Shown here: positions 1 through 9,737 of the stretch, piece after piece
Layout: every line of letters starts with the position of its first letter
How positions within the stretch are numbered: the stretch's first letter is position 1
NCBI GenBank assembly: GCA_022790755.1
Contig: JAAVXR010000017.1
Coordinates: 7,984 to 71,983, forward strand
From: Hespellia sp.
Lineage (GTDB): Bacteria; Bacillota; Clostridia; Lachnospirales; Lachnospiraceae
Direction of reading: 5' to 3'
DNA: 64,000 nucleotides
The notes under the pieces: generated by a model
Told to the model about the DNA's origin: nothing
The model's database searches: none
The model's input: only the letters and a program-made list of their open reading frames with translations
Program-made: the position numbers and the translations under genes

Positions 1-1
1 G

Positions 2-946
2 TGCGGAGAACTTTTTGTAAGTAAAAGGATACTAAAACTTTTATCCGAGTGGAAACCATTGGCTCCGGCAGAAGAAGTTTCCGTTAGTCTTGAGACAAAT
101 GGAGCTTTGTTTGATGAGGAACATTGGAAACAAATTGAGAATTTGGGAAAATATCATTTGAGTGTTGCGATTACGGTTATGAGCTTTGATGAGCCGACCT
201 ACCAGCTATTGTCAGGAACAAAATTGCCGATTTCACAGGTTGAAAATAATCTACGGTTTGTAAAAAAATTGCGGGAACAGGGGATTGTAGATTATTTTGA
301 AATTGCAACAGTTGTACAGGAACGGAATTTTAGAACAGTACCGGAGTTTGCAAGAAGATGTGTGGAAGAGTTTGGAGCGGATTATGTACGTTTAAGACCG
401 TATATGCCTTGGGGGAGCCAGGAACCGGAAATAGAATGGTTTATGGATATTAGAAATCCTGAGCATCCATATTATAGTGAATATCAGGAGATGAAAAAGA
501 GTGAAATTTTTCAGCATCCCAAGGTTCATGATTGGAGTGGCGGATTGGATACGGTGAATATAAAAACGTTTCCATATAGGGTCTCCTATTACAAAGAACG
601 AATTTTAACAGAAATTATATTAAATACAGATAATCTGATAAAAAAGGTAAATAATTATACGAATGGAAATCCTGTGGTGATTTATGGATTGGGGAATGTT
701 GGGAAGACACTAGTAAAACAATTATGTGAAAAAGGTATTCAATTTGCTTATATTTTGGATAAGTATAAAGCATGCGATTCTTTCAAAAATACTCATGTCT
801 ATGATTTAAAGGAGACAGAAAAGTTGTCCAAAGAAATGAACATTATTATTACGCCACTATTAAATTTTGATGAAATATGTAATGATTTGAATAGGTTGGG
901 ATATACAGGTAAAAAAATACATATCCGTGAATTAGCAGAACAATAA
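2..946 (+). CDS. Radical SAM family protein (5'-truncated by window) with C-terminal Rossmann-like domain
   Basis: Frame is open from base 2 (CGELFVSK...SLETNG...ITVMSFDEPTY...VVQERN). These segments parallel GEVFAS/LLSNG/VSVDAA/VVQREN in the radical SAM protein at 7581. C-terminal VVIYGLGNVG. The CxxxCxxC motif would lie upstream of the window. Confidence 0.7.
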   Translation, partial: CGELFVSKRILKLLSEWKPLAPAEEVSVSLETNGALFDEEHWKQIENLGKYHLSVAITVMSFDEPTYQLLSGTKLPISQVENNLRFVKKLREQGIVDYFEIATVVQERNFRTVPEFARRCVEEFGADYVRLRPYMPWGSQEPEIEWFMDIRNPEHPYYSEYQEMKKSEIFQHPKVHDWSGGLDTVNIKTFPYRVSYYKERILTEIILNTDNLIKKVNNYTNGNPVVIYGLGNVGKTLVKQLCEKGIQFAYILDKYKACDSFKNTHVYDLKETEKLSKEMNIIITPLLNFDEICNDLNRLGYTGKKIHIRELAEQ

Positions 947-964
947 GGAGAGGAAAACAAAACT

Positions 965-2152
965 ATGAAAAGATCTCTAGATGATATCCAAAAAAGAGCA
1001 CGGGCCGCGGATTCGGTGATTATTGTTGGTGCCGGAAAAAGAGGAAGAGAGTTATCGAAATATTTGGCGAATGACGATTTGATTTCCATGGAAGCTTTTT
1101 TTGATAATAACGCTCAGTTGTCAGGTAGTCATATAGAAAATATGAAAGTAATGTCGCCACATAAATTAGAGAAGGAAAATTGTGTATATATTATTGCGGT
1201 TGATGCGCTAAATTTGCGCAGAGAGTTGCGTGTTCAATTGCAGGAACTTGGGATACCGGATGAAGAGGTGATTGCTTATTATCATAATCGGGATTATGAC
1301 TATTTCAGTTCCCTTGACGAAAGATATTATGCCGATGAGCTGCAGGATATGTACTATGAATGTTTTGGGAAAGAGATCAACTGGGAAAGGCCGATTAGTT
1401 ATAACGAAAAGATCAATTGGGAAAAGTTGAACGTCAAAGATGAGAGGAGAACGAGATTATCCGATAAATATTTGGTTCGTGAATGGGTCAAAGAGCAGAT
1501 CGGAGAGCAATACCTTACGAAATTATATGGGGTATGGGAGGATGCGAATGATATTGATTTTACTTTGTTGCCAGAAGCATTTGCATTGAAAGTAAATAAT
1601 GGGAGCGGACGTAATATTATCGTAAAAAACAAGAAAGAAATGGATGATGATGCGGTACGTCGGCAGTTAAATGAATGGATGCAGTATAATTTCGCGTTTG
1701 CAAGCCTAGAACTCCATTATAGAGATATTGTACCTAAAATCGTCTGTGAAGAATACTTGGAGGGTATGGCGGAAAGTGTATATGACTATAATATTTATTG
1801 CTTTCACGGAGAGCCGGAATTTATTTGGTGTATCAAAGGAAGTCACAGACCAGAATGTCGTGCATCCTTTTATACGAAAGATTGGGTGATGCAGCCTTTT
1901 AGCTATGGGTATCCGAAAGATCCAGTTTTGGCGCCCAGACCAGAGAAATTGGATGAGATGCTGGAATTAAGCAGAATTTTAAGCAAAGATTTTGAGCATG
2001 TCCGCGTAGATTGGTACAACCTGCCGGATGGAAGAGTATTATTTGGTGAAATGACGTTTTCTTCCTGGTCGGGACTCATGCATTTTGTTCCAGAAAAATA
2101 TGATCTGATATTTGGTTCTTTTATTGATAGAGTAGATCAAAGCGATTCGTGA
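965..2152 (+). CDS. TupA-like ATP-grasp amidoligase with N-terminal Rossmann-like domain
   Basis: YNEKINWEKL, LSDKYLVREWV, LKVNNGSGRN, YCFHGEP and VRVDWY...FGEMTF are TupA ATP-grasp motifs. N-terminal IIVGAGKRG. Confidence 0.85.
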   Translation: MKRSLDDIQKRARAADSVIIVGAGKRGRELSKYLANDDLISMEAFFDNNAQLSGSHIENMKVMSPHKLEKENCVYIIAVDALNLRRELRVQLQELGIPDEEVIAYYHNRDYDYFSSLDERYYADELQDMYYECFGKEINWERPISYNEKINWEKLNVKDERRTRLSDKYLVREWVKEQIGEQYLTKLYGVWEDANDIDFTLLPEAFALKVNNGSGRNIIVKNKKEMDDDAVRRQLNEWMQYNFAFASLELHYRDIVPKIVCEEYLEGMAESVYDYNIYCFHGEPEFIWCIKGSHRPECRASFYTKDWVMQPFSYGYPKDPVLAPRPEKLDEMLELSRILSKDFEHVRVDWYNLPDGRVLFGEMTFSSWSGLMHFVPEKYDLIFGSFIDRVDQSDS

Positions 2153-2211
2153 TTCCATGGGGTTATTCGGTCATGACGTAGGAAGTGCAGATGGGTTATA
2201 AAGGAAAGAAT

Positions 2212-3495
2212 ATGGAAATCAGTATATTATTGACAACTTATAATCATGAGAAATATGTAAAACAGACGTTAGATAGTATTTTAATGCAAAAGATTAATGC
2301 TCCTTATGAGATTATTGTGTTGGACGATGGGTCTTCAGATCAGACACCTCAGATATTAAAAGAGTATAAAAGGAAATATCCACGTCATATTTCACTATAT
2401 TTAAGAAAAAAGAATATCAATTACCCGACAAAAAATGGATATTTTTCAATGTCGAAAGCAAAAGGAAAATATATTGCTTTTATCGAAGGCGATGATTACT
2501 GGATAGACGAATATAAAATTCAAAAACAATACGACTTTTTGGAGCAAAATCCAAAATATTCGGGCTGTATAACGGATTTGATCGTGGTGGATGAAAATAA
2601 TAATGAAATATCGGAGCAAGTGTATGAGAGAAAAGAAAATAGTATTTATACGTTGGAGGATTTTAGGCATTTAAGAGGGCCAGGAATGGCAATATCCTTT
2701 ATGGCGAGAAATTATTTTGATGAAGAAGAATATCGTATTGTCTATCGTGCTGCCAGATTTATGGCAGATATTACGATATACATGTTATGCGTGTTAAAAG
2801 GCGATATTTATCAGCTGGATGATAAGACGGCAGCGTATCGGTATGTATGTGCAAATGGAAAAGGAAATTTTAATTCGACTCAGCGTGAAAACATTTATAA
2901 AAACTATATGATAACAGAATATTGGATTAAACTTGAAAATTTTATGCGTCAGTATGATGAAAAATTTGAATTTATTCCAATGGCAGATACGATAAAACAA
3001 ATTGCTTCGCAGTATTCTGTGAGGGCTGGTCTAAATTTAATCAATAAGTCTACAAAAAAAGGAAGGTATTTTTGGCTTTATTTGATGTGTAAATTATTAG
3101 ATACGAACTATTTATTAGATACGAAAAATGGTAAGCGTGGCACACAGTATAGCTGGAGTCAGTTTATGAGAGAAAAGAAACCGATTGTACTTTTTGGCAC
3201 AGGGGCAGTGGCAAGGGAATTTTTAGATAAATATGCGTGGCGAGGAAATATTTTATTTTTAGTGGATAACGATAAAAATAAACAAAATACTTCATTTAAA
3301 GGATTTTTGGTGAAGAAACCGGAAGAAATTATTCGGTATAAAAATAAGGTGAAGGTTTTGATTACAAACCAACTTTATGAGGCCGATATAGAGAAACAAC
3401 TACTGAGTATGGGCATGAAAAATTACTATTGTTATTGCTCCATGCAAACAAATAGATTTCGAAATATGATAGCGAATAAATGGTTGAGGAAATGA
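2212..3495 (+). CDS. Glycosyltransferase family 2 with C-terminal Rossmann-like domain
   Basis: ISILLTTYN, DDGSSD, IAFIEGDDYW; C-terminal IVLFGTGAVA; start moved to ATG 2212 after AAGGAAAG. Confidence 0.9.
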   Translation: MEISILLTTYNHEKYVKQTLDSILMQKINAPYEIIVLDDGSSDQTPQILKEYKRKYPRHISLYLRKKNINYPTKNGYFSMSKAKGKYIAFIEGDDYWIDEYKIQKQYDFLEQNPKYSGCITDLIVVDENNNEISEQVYERKENSIYTLEDFRHLRGPGMAISFMARNYFDEEEYRIVYRAARFMADITIYMLCVLKGDIYQLDDKTAAYRYVCANGKGNFNSTQRENIYKNYMITEYWIKLENFMRQYDEKFEFIPMADTIKQIASQYSVRAGLNLINKSTKKGRYFWLYLMCKLLDTNYLLDTKNGKRGTQYSWSQFMREKKPIVLFGTGAVAREFLDKYAWRGNILFLVDNDKNKQNTSFKGFLVKKPEEIIRYKNKVKVLITNQLYEADIEKQLLSMGMKNYYCYCSMQTNRFRNMIANKWLRK

Positions 3496-3501
3496 AGATA
3501 A

Positions 3502-4524
3502 ATGAAAATTATTTTTTTTGGAGCAGGAAATTCGGCATACAATATCTGGCAGCAAGTCGTGAAAAAGCCAGGATTCTATACAGATGAATATTTGGCTTTT
3601 GCAGATAATAATGCCACTTTGTGGGGAACAAATTTTTGTGGGAAACCGGTGATTGCTCCTGCAGAGATAAATAAGTGGGAAGCAGATTTAATTGTAATAG
3701 CCAGTTTATATGAAAATTCTATTCGCAGACAACTCGTTAAAGAACTTGGGATAAGTAAACAAAAGATTTACTCATATGATGAATATTTTAGAAGGTGCTA
3801 CGCAATTTGGATTTATCGCAAACGTTACGGTAATGTGGAAATTGAAGAGAAGCAAGAAGGTTCAAAAATAAAAGATATTGTAATTTATACTGCAATGATC
3901 GGAGATTATGATGAATTGAGAGAACCATTGTTTCTATCGGATGATATTACCTATGTATGTATGACAAATAATAAAAATTTGAAGTCAGATATTTGGAATA
4001 TAGAATACATAAGTGATGATTCTTTTGACGATGTGTATCTAGCCAGACATATTAAAATGAACCCGCACATTTATTTTCATGATTATGAAACGAGTATATG
4101 GGTAGATGGTAAGTATCAGATTATGGATGATTTAAGAATCTATATTTCTTTATATCAAAAGCAATCTAATATTTTGTGTTTTCCACATCCAGAACGAGAA
4201 TGTATTTGTGATGAAGCGGCAGTTTGTATTAATAGTAAAAGAGGGAATAAAAAAGATATCATATTGCAGGTTGCAAAGTATTTAAAAGAAGGCTTTCCTT
4301 TAGATTATGGTTTGTATGAGACTGGGTGTATAGTCCGTGCTCACAAGGATGAGCAGGTGAAGCGATTAATGGAATTTTGGGAAGAAGAGTTATTAAAGAA
4401 CTCAGTACGAGATCAATTGAGTTTTCCGTATGTATGTTGGAAAAATAATTTCACACCAGATATCTGTGATTTGGATGTGAACAGAAATCGTTGGCTTCTT
4501 CAAAGAAGAACTCTTTATAAATAG
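3502..4524 (+). CDS. DUF616 (TOD1/MUCI70-like) putative glycosyltransferase with N-terminal Rossmann-like domain
   Basis: IYTAMIGDYD, ARHIKMNPH, SIWVDG, HPERECICDE, RDQLSFPY; N-terminal IIFFGAGNSA. Confidence 0.75.
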   Translation: MKIIFFGAGNSAYNIWQQVVKKPGFYTDEYLAFADNNATLWGTNFCGKPVIAPAEINKWEADLIVIASLYENSIRRQLVKELGISKQKIYSYDEYFRRCYAIWIYRKRYGNVEIEEKQEGSKIKDIVIYTAMIGDYDELREPLFLSDDITYVCMTNNKNLKSDIWNIEYISDDSFDDVYLARHIKMNPHIYFHDYETSIWVDGKYQIMDDLRIYISLYQKQSNILCFPHPERECICDEAAVCINSKRGNKKDIILQVAKYLKEGFPLDYGLYETGCIVRAHKDEQVKRLMEFWEEELLKNSVRDQLSFPYVCWKNNFTPDICDLDVNRNRWLLQRRTLYK

Positions 4525-4530
4525 TATCGA

Positions 4531-5523
4531 ATGAGGGTTTATATCGTGGAAAATGAAAAAAAGAGTATCGTGATCTATGGATTGGGAACTAACTTTACAA
4601 AATTATTTACAAAACGTGTGAAAGATCGCTTAAAAAGAGAGTTTTTTGTCGTGGGATTTGTGGATAAGAAAAAGGAATTTGAAGAAAAGATTTGTAAAGA
4701 ATTTGCTTGTTATCAAAAGATTCCTTACGTTCAAATAGATTATGTCTGTATCACATCTACTTTATATTATAGTGAAATTAAGGAAGAATTATTGGCGCAA
4801 TCTATTGATGAGGTTAAGATTCTTCCAAAAAATTATTGGCTTGACTTTTATCAATCAACCTATTTGCCAACAGATGTGATTAGTGGGAAAGGGGTTGAAA
4901 TTGGAGGGCCAAGCGCCGTGTTTCAGGCAATTTATCATTCGGGATGTGTATGTGACGGCGTGAATTATAGTGAAGAGACTATTTGGAATGGTAATTTGGA
5001 TTCTGTGTATAAATGGGAAGAACAAGTACTGGGAAACCAGATAGTAGCGGATGCGACCGATTTAAAAATAATAGCGGATGAAACTTATGATTTTGTTTTA
5101 TCTTCTAATAATCTGGAACATATTGCAAATCCCTTACAAGCTGTGAAAGAATTTTTGAGGGTATTAAAGAAAGGAAAACCTTTGGTTATTTTGGTTCCTT
5201 GTAAAAAATATACATTTGATCACAAACGTGATGATACAACATTTGAACATCTTTTGGAGGATTATAGAAAGGGAGTGCTGGAAGATGATCTCTCGCATTT
5301 GGATGAAATATTAGAGCTTCATGATCTTTCGTTGGATAAACTGGCGGGAACAAAAGAACAATTTAGAGAAAGAAGTAAAAATAATTTTAAAAATAGATGT
5401 TTGCATCATCATGTTTTTAGCAATGAGTTATTAGCGTGTATTGGAGATTATTTCAATTTGGAAATACTGGAGAATACAGTATTTGATCAGAATTATTATT
5501 TGCTGGGTATAAAGAGGGAATAG
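4531..5523 (+). CDS. Class I SAM-dependent methyltransferase with N-terminal Rossmann-like domain
   Basis: GVEIGG, ADATDL, YDFVLSSNNLEH, RVLKKG; N-terminal IVIYGLG. Confidence 0.8.
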   Translation: MRVYIVENEKKSIVIYGLGTNFTKLFTKRVKDRLKREFFVVGFVDKKKEFEEKICKEFACYQKIPYVQIDYVCITSTLYYSEIKEELLAQSIDEVKILPKNYWLDFYQSTYLPTDVISGKGVEIGGPSAVFQAIYHSGCVCDGVNYSEETIWNGNLDSVYKWEEQVLGNQIVADATDLKIIADETYDFVLSSNNLEHIANPLQAVKEFLRVLKKGKPLVILVPCKKYTFDHKRDDTTFEHLLEDYRKGVLEDDLSHLDEILELHDLSLDKLAGTKEQFRERSKNNFKNRCLHHHVFSNELLACIGDYFNLEILENTVFDQNYYLLGIKRE

Positions 5524-5528
5524 ATAGA

Positions 5529-7469
5529 ATGAAAAGATTATGTATTTATCTGGTATTTGACAGAGAGAATATCATAGATCAATATGTAATATTTATGGCG
5601 CAGGAATTGCGAACATGTTCAAGCAATATTTTGGTGGTTTATAATTCAACATATGTGGAAAAAGGGAGAGAAGAACTGGAACGCTATGTGGATAAAGTGA
5701 TTTGCAGGGATAACATGGGATATGATGCCGGCGGATTTAAACAGGCTTTGTGCGATTACATAGGGTGGGAAAAACTAGAAGAATATGATGAATTGATTCT
5801 GATCAATGATTCCATTTTTGGTCCATTTAGGCCGATGAAAAATATTTTTTCTGAAATGGATAATCGTGATGTGGATTTTTGGGGGCTGGCTACGCACGGT
5901 GAAAATGGAGTGGATATTTCTAAACATATCCAGACATACTTTTTGGTGATTCGATCAAAAATGCTGCATAGTAGTTGCTTTAGAAAATATTGGGAAGACA
6001 TGCCTTTTTATGCAACTTTTTCAGATGTGGTCTATCAGCATGAAGTGAAATTTACTTCTTATTTTGAGTCATTAGGATATGCTTATGATGTTATGGCGGA
6101 TACAGAAGTGAATGATTCTCAAATGACTCCTGTCAATAATTATATGCAGTATGCGATGATATCCTTTGAACTAATACAGAAACGAAATTTTCCTTTTTTA
6201 AAAAAGCAGCAGATAGCCTATAATACGTTATCATTACAGACACAAGAAAATCTGTATCAAGCAATTAGTTATATAGATCATGAGACAGATTATGACGTAA
6301 ACCTTATCTGGGATAACATTATTAGAACTTTAAATATAGCGGATTTGCAGAGAAGTTTACACCTACAATATATCATTTTTCCGAAAAAGAGGGAATTCAT
6401 TGTTAAAAAAAGTGTGGCAATCGTTATTCTTGTGCAGTATAAAGAAGCATTAGAATATGTTTTAGAATATTTAAGTAAATTAAGTGGAGGATTGAATTAT
6501 GATATTCAAATAGTATCCAATAATTATGAAATATTAGAGGGTTATAGAGCACATAAATTAAACGGCTTCAAGGTGATTTACAAAGACAACTGGGATTGGG
6601 AAGAACTATGTCGATATGATTATGTTTGTGTTTTACACGATGCAGATTTGACTTCGAATGAAAAACCAAGCTGTACGGGTAAATCTTATTTTTATCTAGT
6701 ATGGGAAAATCTCATCAAAAATAAAGATCATCTTTGGGGGATTCTGGAGAAATTTGAAAAAGATGTGAGACTAGGTTTTCTTGCACCGCCTCAGCCTATT
6801 TTTGCAGATTATTTTGGTGATTTGGATTGTGAATGGGATCAGAAGCATGAAATAATTGAAAGAATAGTGAAAAGGCAGGCGTTCCATTGTCCGATTTCGG
6901 AAGAAAAACCTCCTTTTGTTATAACGAATCATTTTTGGATTAGAGGAAGAATTTTAAGTTGTATCAAAGAGATAAAAAAAGAAGAGTATGTTTTCTTGCC
7001 ATATCTTTGGAGTTATTTCGCTCAGCATATGGGGTACTATTCTGGAATTGTAGAGAGCAATGATTATGCATCTATGAATGAAGTGAATATGCAATATTAT
7101 TTAAAGCGCATAGCAACTCAAGTGAAAAGAGGATATGGATATTTCCATAATTTTACTGAAGTGGAAGAGAACATATCAAAGGGAGCTTTAAAAATATTTT
7201 GTGATCAATATCCTCACATATTTATTTATGGTACAGGTTATTATGCGAAAAGGTATATAGATTTCATCCGGGATGTGGAAGCGTGCATTGTATCAGATGG
7301 ACAAGATAAAAAGGATTTATTTGAAGGAATTCCTGTTATTTATTTATCAGAATTAAAAGATGTAGAAACGTGTGGAGTGGTTTTATGTTTAAGTAAAAAG
7401 AATCAAAAACAGGTGATTCCATTATTAAAACGGCAGGGCGTGGAGAATTATTTTTCTATATTCTCTTAG
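5529..7469 (+). CDS. Rhamnan synthesis protein F (RgpF) family with C-terminal Rossmann-like domain
   Basis: RDNMGYDAGG, LINDSIFGP, DFWGL, HIQTYF, FPFLKK are RgpF-family motifs; C-terminal IFIYGTGYYA. Confidence 0.8.
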   Translation: MKRLCIYLVFDRENIIDQYVIFMAQELRTCSSNILVVYNSTYVEKGREELERYVDKVICRDNMGYDAGGFKQALCDYIGWEKLEEYDELILINDSIFGPFRPMKNIFSEMDNRDVDFWGLATHGENGVDISKHIQTYFLVIRSKMLHSSCFRKYWEDMPFYATFSDVVYQHEVKFTSYFESLGYAYDVMADTEVNDSQMTPVNNYMQYAMISFELIQKRNFPFLKKQQIAYNTLSLQTQENLYQAISYIDHETDYDVNLIWDNIIRTLNIADLQRSLHLQYIIFPKKREFIVKKSVAIVILVQYKEALEYVLEYLSKLSGGLNYDIQIVSNNYEILEGYRAHKLNGFKVIYKDNWDWEELCRYDYVCVLHDADLTSNEKPSCTGKSYFYLVWENLIKNKDHLWGILEKFEKDVRLGFLAPPQPIFADYFGDLDCEWDQKHEIIERIVKRQAFHCPISEEKPPFVITNHFWIRGRILSCIKEIKKEEYVFLPYLWSYFAQHMGYYSGIVESNDYASMNEVNMQYYLKRIATQVKRGYGYFHNFTEVEENISKGALKIFCDQYPHIFIYGTGYYAKRYIDFIRDVEACIVSDGQDKKDLFEGIPVIYLSELKDVETCGVVLCLSKKNQKQVIPLLKRQGVENYFSIFS

Positions 7470-7488
7470 TTTTCATTATAATATCAAG

Positions 7489-7553
7489 CAGGCGTTCGCG
7501 AAATCAGTAAACTTGCTGAATATTGTCACGGCTTAGAGTTTTGCAATTACCTA
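7489..7553 (-). mobile_element. 65-bp short form of a palindromic MITE-like element
   Basis: Its reverse complement matches the two ends of the 216-bp element (54/65 by hand alignment, no gaps). Flanked by ATAATATCAAG (7478-7488) and ATAATATCGAG (7554-7564). Confidence 0.8.
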
Positions 7554-7580
7554 ATAATATCGAGAAAGAGAAGGAGAATA

Positions 7581-9254
7581 ATGAAATATATTATTTACGG
7601 AATAAACAGAGTAACCAAAGATTTCACATACATATTTAATAACCTGGATATCCTCTATCTGGCAGATGATTTCGTAAAAGCAGAAAATATATGGGGCTAT
7701 AAGGTGCGAAGTCTGGAGGATGCATTGAAAGATTCTTCTTATGATAAAATCATTCTCTGTGATTTTGATAAGAGCAAAAAGGAAGAGACCCTGAAAAAGA
7801 AGGGCTTGAGTTATGGACAAGACTATTTATATGAGGAAGACTTTTTTAGTGAGCTGGATGAGGTGAAAATTCCTTCTGACAAAAAGATCCTGATATGGGG
7901 AACCGGAAAAATGTGTCGCTTTTTACTGGAGCAGGAACCGACGTTTTCCGTGAATGCCTTTATAGATTCTTATAAAAAGGATGACACATTTATGGGAAAG
8001 CCGGTGTTTTTTCCAGAAGAAATAAAAGATTGGAAGCAGTATTACGTTATTGTTGCCGTAGGACAGTCTGAGGAAATTTTCGAAGAACTTTTAGGCTATG
8101 GATTAGTGGAAGGTAAGGATTTTGTAAGTTATCGAAAGGCATCTTATCGACCGTCTGATATGTTGAGAAAAACGATATTTGATCCATCGTATTATCCTTT
8201 AGAGTGTAATACAATGTTCAATCATTTGGAAATTTTAGATGAGGGGAATACAAGATGTTGTTGTACAACATTTGTAAAGCCCAATCTGGGAAATATCTTT
8301 GAGAAAAGTTCTTCTGAAATTTGGAGATCTAATTTGCATAAGGTGTTGTGTCTGTCAACAGAAAATAAGACATTTTCCTTTTGCGATAAAACGATGTGTC
8401 CTTTATTTGTGTCTAATAAAAGTGGAAAAGCGGAATTGGACAATAAAACATATAAAGACCTGAATTTGTATCCAAAAGTTTTGGCATTGGGGTATGACGC
8501 GTCCTGCAATCTTTCTTGCAGCACTTGTAGAAAAGAACTGCATTTTGCGAAGGGAGAGGAACTGGATAAAGTAAATAAAATTACAGAGATCGTAAAGAAG
8601 GACTATTTATCGAAATGTCGCTTCCTGATTCTTGCAGGAAATGGAGAGGTGTTTGCCAGCCCGGCGTATCGAAAAGTTTATGAATCCAGTGAATGCAAGC
8701 CGCAATTTATCCGATTACTTTCAAATGGCATGTTGTTTCATCCGACAAATTGGAAGCGTTTTGCCAGTAGACAAACCGGGAAAATTATGTTGACTGTTTC
8801 CGTCGATGCGGCTACAAAGACGACTTACGAGAGTATTCGTCGGAATGGAAATTTTGATGTTTTGAAGCAGAACATGGAATTTGCATCCGAACTTCGAAAA
8901 GCGGGTAAGTTAAGTTACTTCCGTATGAATTTTGTTGTGCAGAGAGAAAATTACAGAGAGATGATTCCATTTGTAGAGTGGGGACAGCAGTTAGGTGTAG
9001 ATGAAGTGTTTTTTACAAAGATTTTAAATTGGGGCACCTACACGGAGGAAGAATTTGCACAAATCAGCATGATGGAACAGGACGGTATCACACCGAAACC
9101 AGAGTTAAAAGAAATATTGGACGATCCGATGATGAAGAGTGAGATTGTTGATCTTGGTACGATTCAATACACACATAAAGAAGATATAGCCGATATCGTA
9201 GAGAATTATTATATGTGGGAGTTGGAGAAAAGAGGAGGAAAGCTTTTTTGTTAA
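7581..9254 (+). CDS. Radical SAM protein with two N-terminal Rossmann-like domains and a SPASM/twitch-like Cys cluster
   Basis: CNLSCSTC (CxxxCxxC), GNGEVF, VSVDAA; Cys-rich CNTMF...GNTRCCC...LGNI...C...C...CP segment precedes the core; RBS AAGGAG. Confidence 0.85.
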   Translation: MKYIIYGINRVTKDFTYIFNNLDILYLADDFVKAENIWGYKVRSLEDALKDSSYDKIILCDFDKSKKEETLKKKGLSYGQDYLYEEDFFSELDEVKIPSDKKILIWGTGKMCRFLLEQEPTFSVNAFIDSYKKDDTFMGKPVFFPEEIKDWKQYYVIVAVGQSEEIFEELLGYGLVEGKDFVSYRKASYRPSDMLRKTIFDPSYYPLECNTMFNHLEILDEGNTRCCCTTFVKPNLGNIFEKSSSEIWRSNLHKVLCLSTENKTFSFCDKTMCPLFVSNKSGKAELDNKTYKDLNLYPKVLALGYDASCNLSCSTCRKELHFAKGEELDKVNKITEIVKKDYLSKCRFLILAGNGEVFASPAYRKVYESSECKPQFIRLLSNGMLFHPTNWKRFASRQTGKIMLTVSVDAATKTTYESIRRNGNFDVLKQNMEFASELRKAGKLSYFRMNFVVQRENYREMIPFVEWGQQLGVDEVFFTKILNWGTYTEEEFAQISMMEQDGITPKPELKEILDDPMMKSEIVDLGTIQYTHKEDIADIVENYYMWELEKRGGKLFC

Positions 9255-9736
9255 GGAAAAATAAAGTTCTACCAATGATGTTTTCTGCGGGATTGCTCTT
9301 CACGTCCGCGGTATGTTGGAAGACTCATCGCCAAAGAAAACAGTTAGAAATGTCCGAGTGTCAACTGGAAACACTCCAGGACCATTATAGTCTGTTAAAT
9401 CACTGGTTGGAGATAAAGAATGAGGGCAAGAGTACCGCATCCTATTTTGAGGAGATGGGATATCATCATATTGCTATTTATGGAATGGCAGAGTTGGGAA
9501 ATCGTCTGATGGAGGATTTGACTGGAAGCACAGTATGTGTGGATTACGGAATTGATCGGGATGTGTGTTGTTCGATCGGTCGGATCGATGAAGTCTATTT
9601 CCCGGAGGATGAATTGCCAAAGACGGAGGCGATTGTAGTAACGCCCTATTCAGCTTTTGGAGCGATAAAAAAGCTGTTGGAGACCAAAGTGGATTGTCCG
9701 ATTCTTTCGTTGGAAGACGTAGTATGGAGTGTGTAG
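9248..9736 (+). CDS. Small protein: N-terminal hydrophobic segment, helical linker, stand-alone Rossmann-like domain
   Basis: TTG start after GAGGAGG; VLPMMFSAGLLFTSAVCW hydrophobic stretch; IAIYGMAELG...DYGIDRD...AIVVTP. Confidence 0.7.
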   Translation: MLRKNKVLPMMFSAGLLFTSAVCWKTHRQRKQLEMSECQLETLQDHYSLLNHWLEIKNEGKSTASYFEEMGYHHIAIYGMAELGNRLMEDLTGSTVCVDYGIDRDVCCSIGRIDEVYFPEDELPKTEAIVVTPYSAFGAIKKLLETKVDCPILSLEDVVWSV

Positions 9737-9737
9737 G

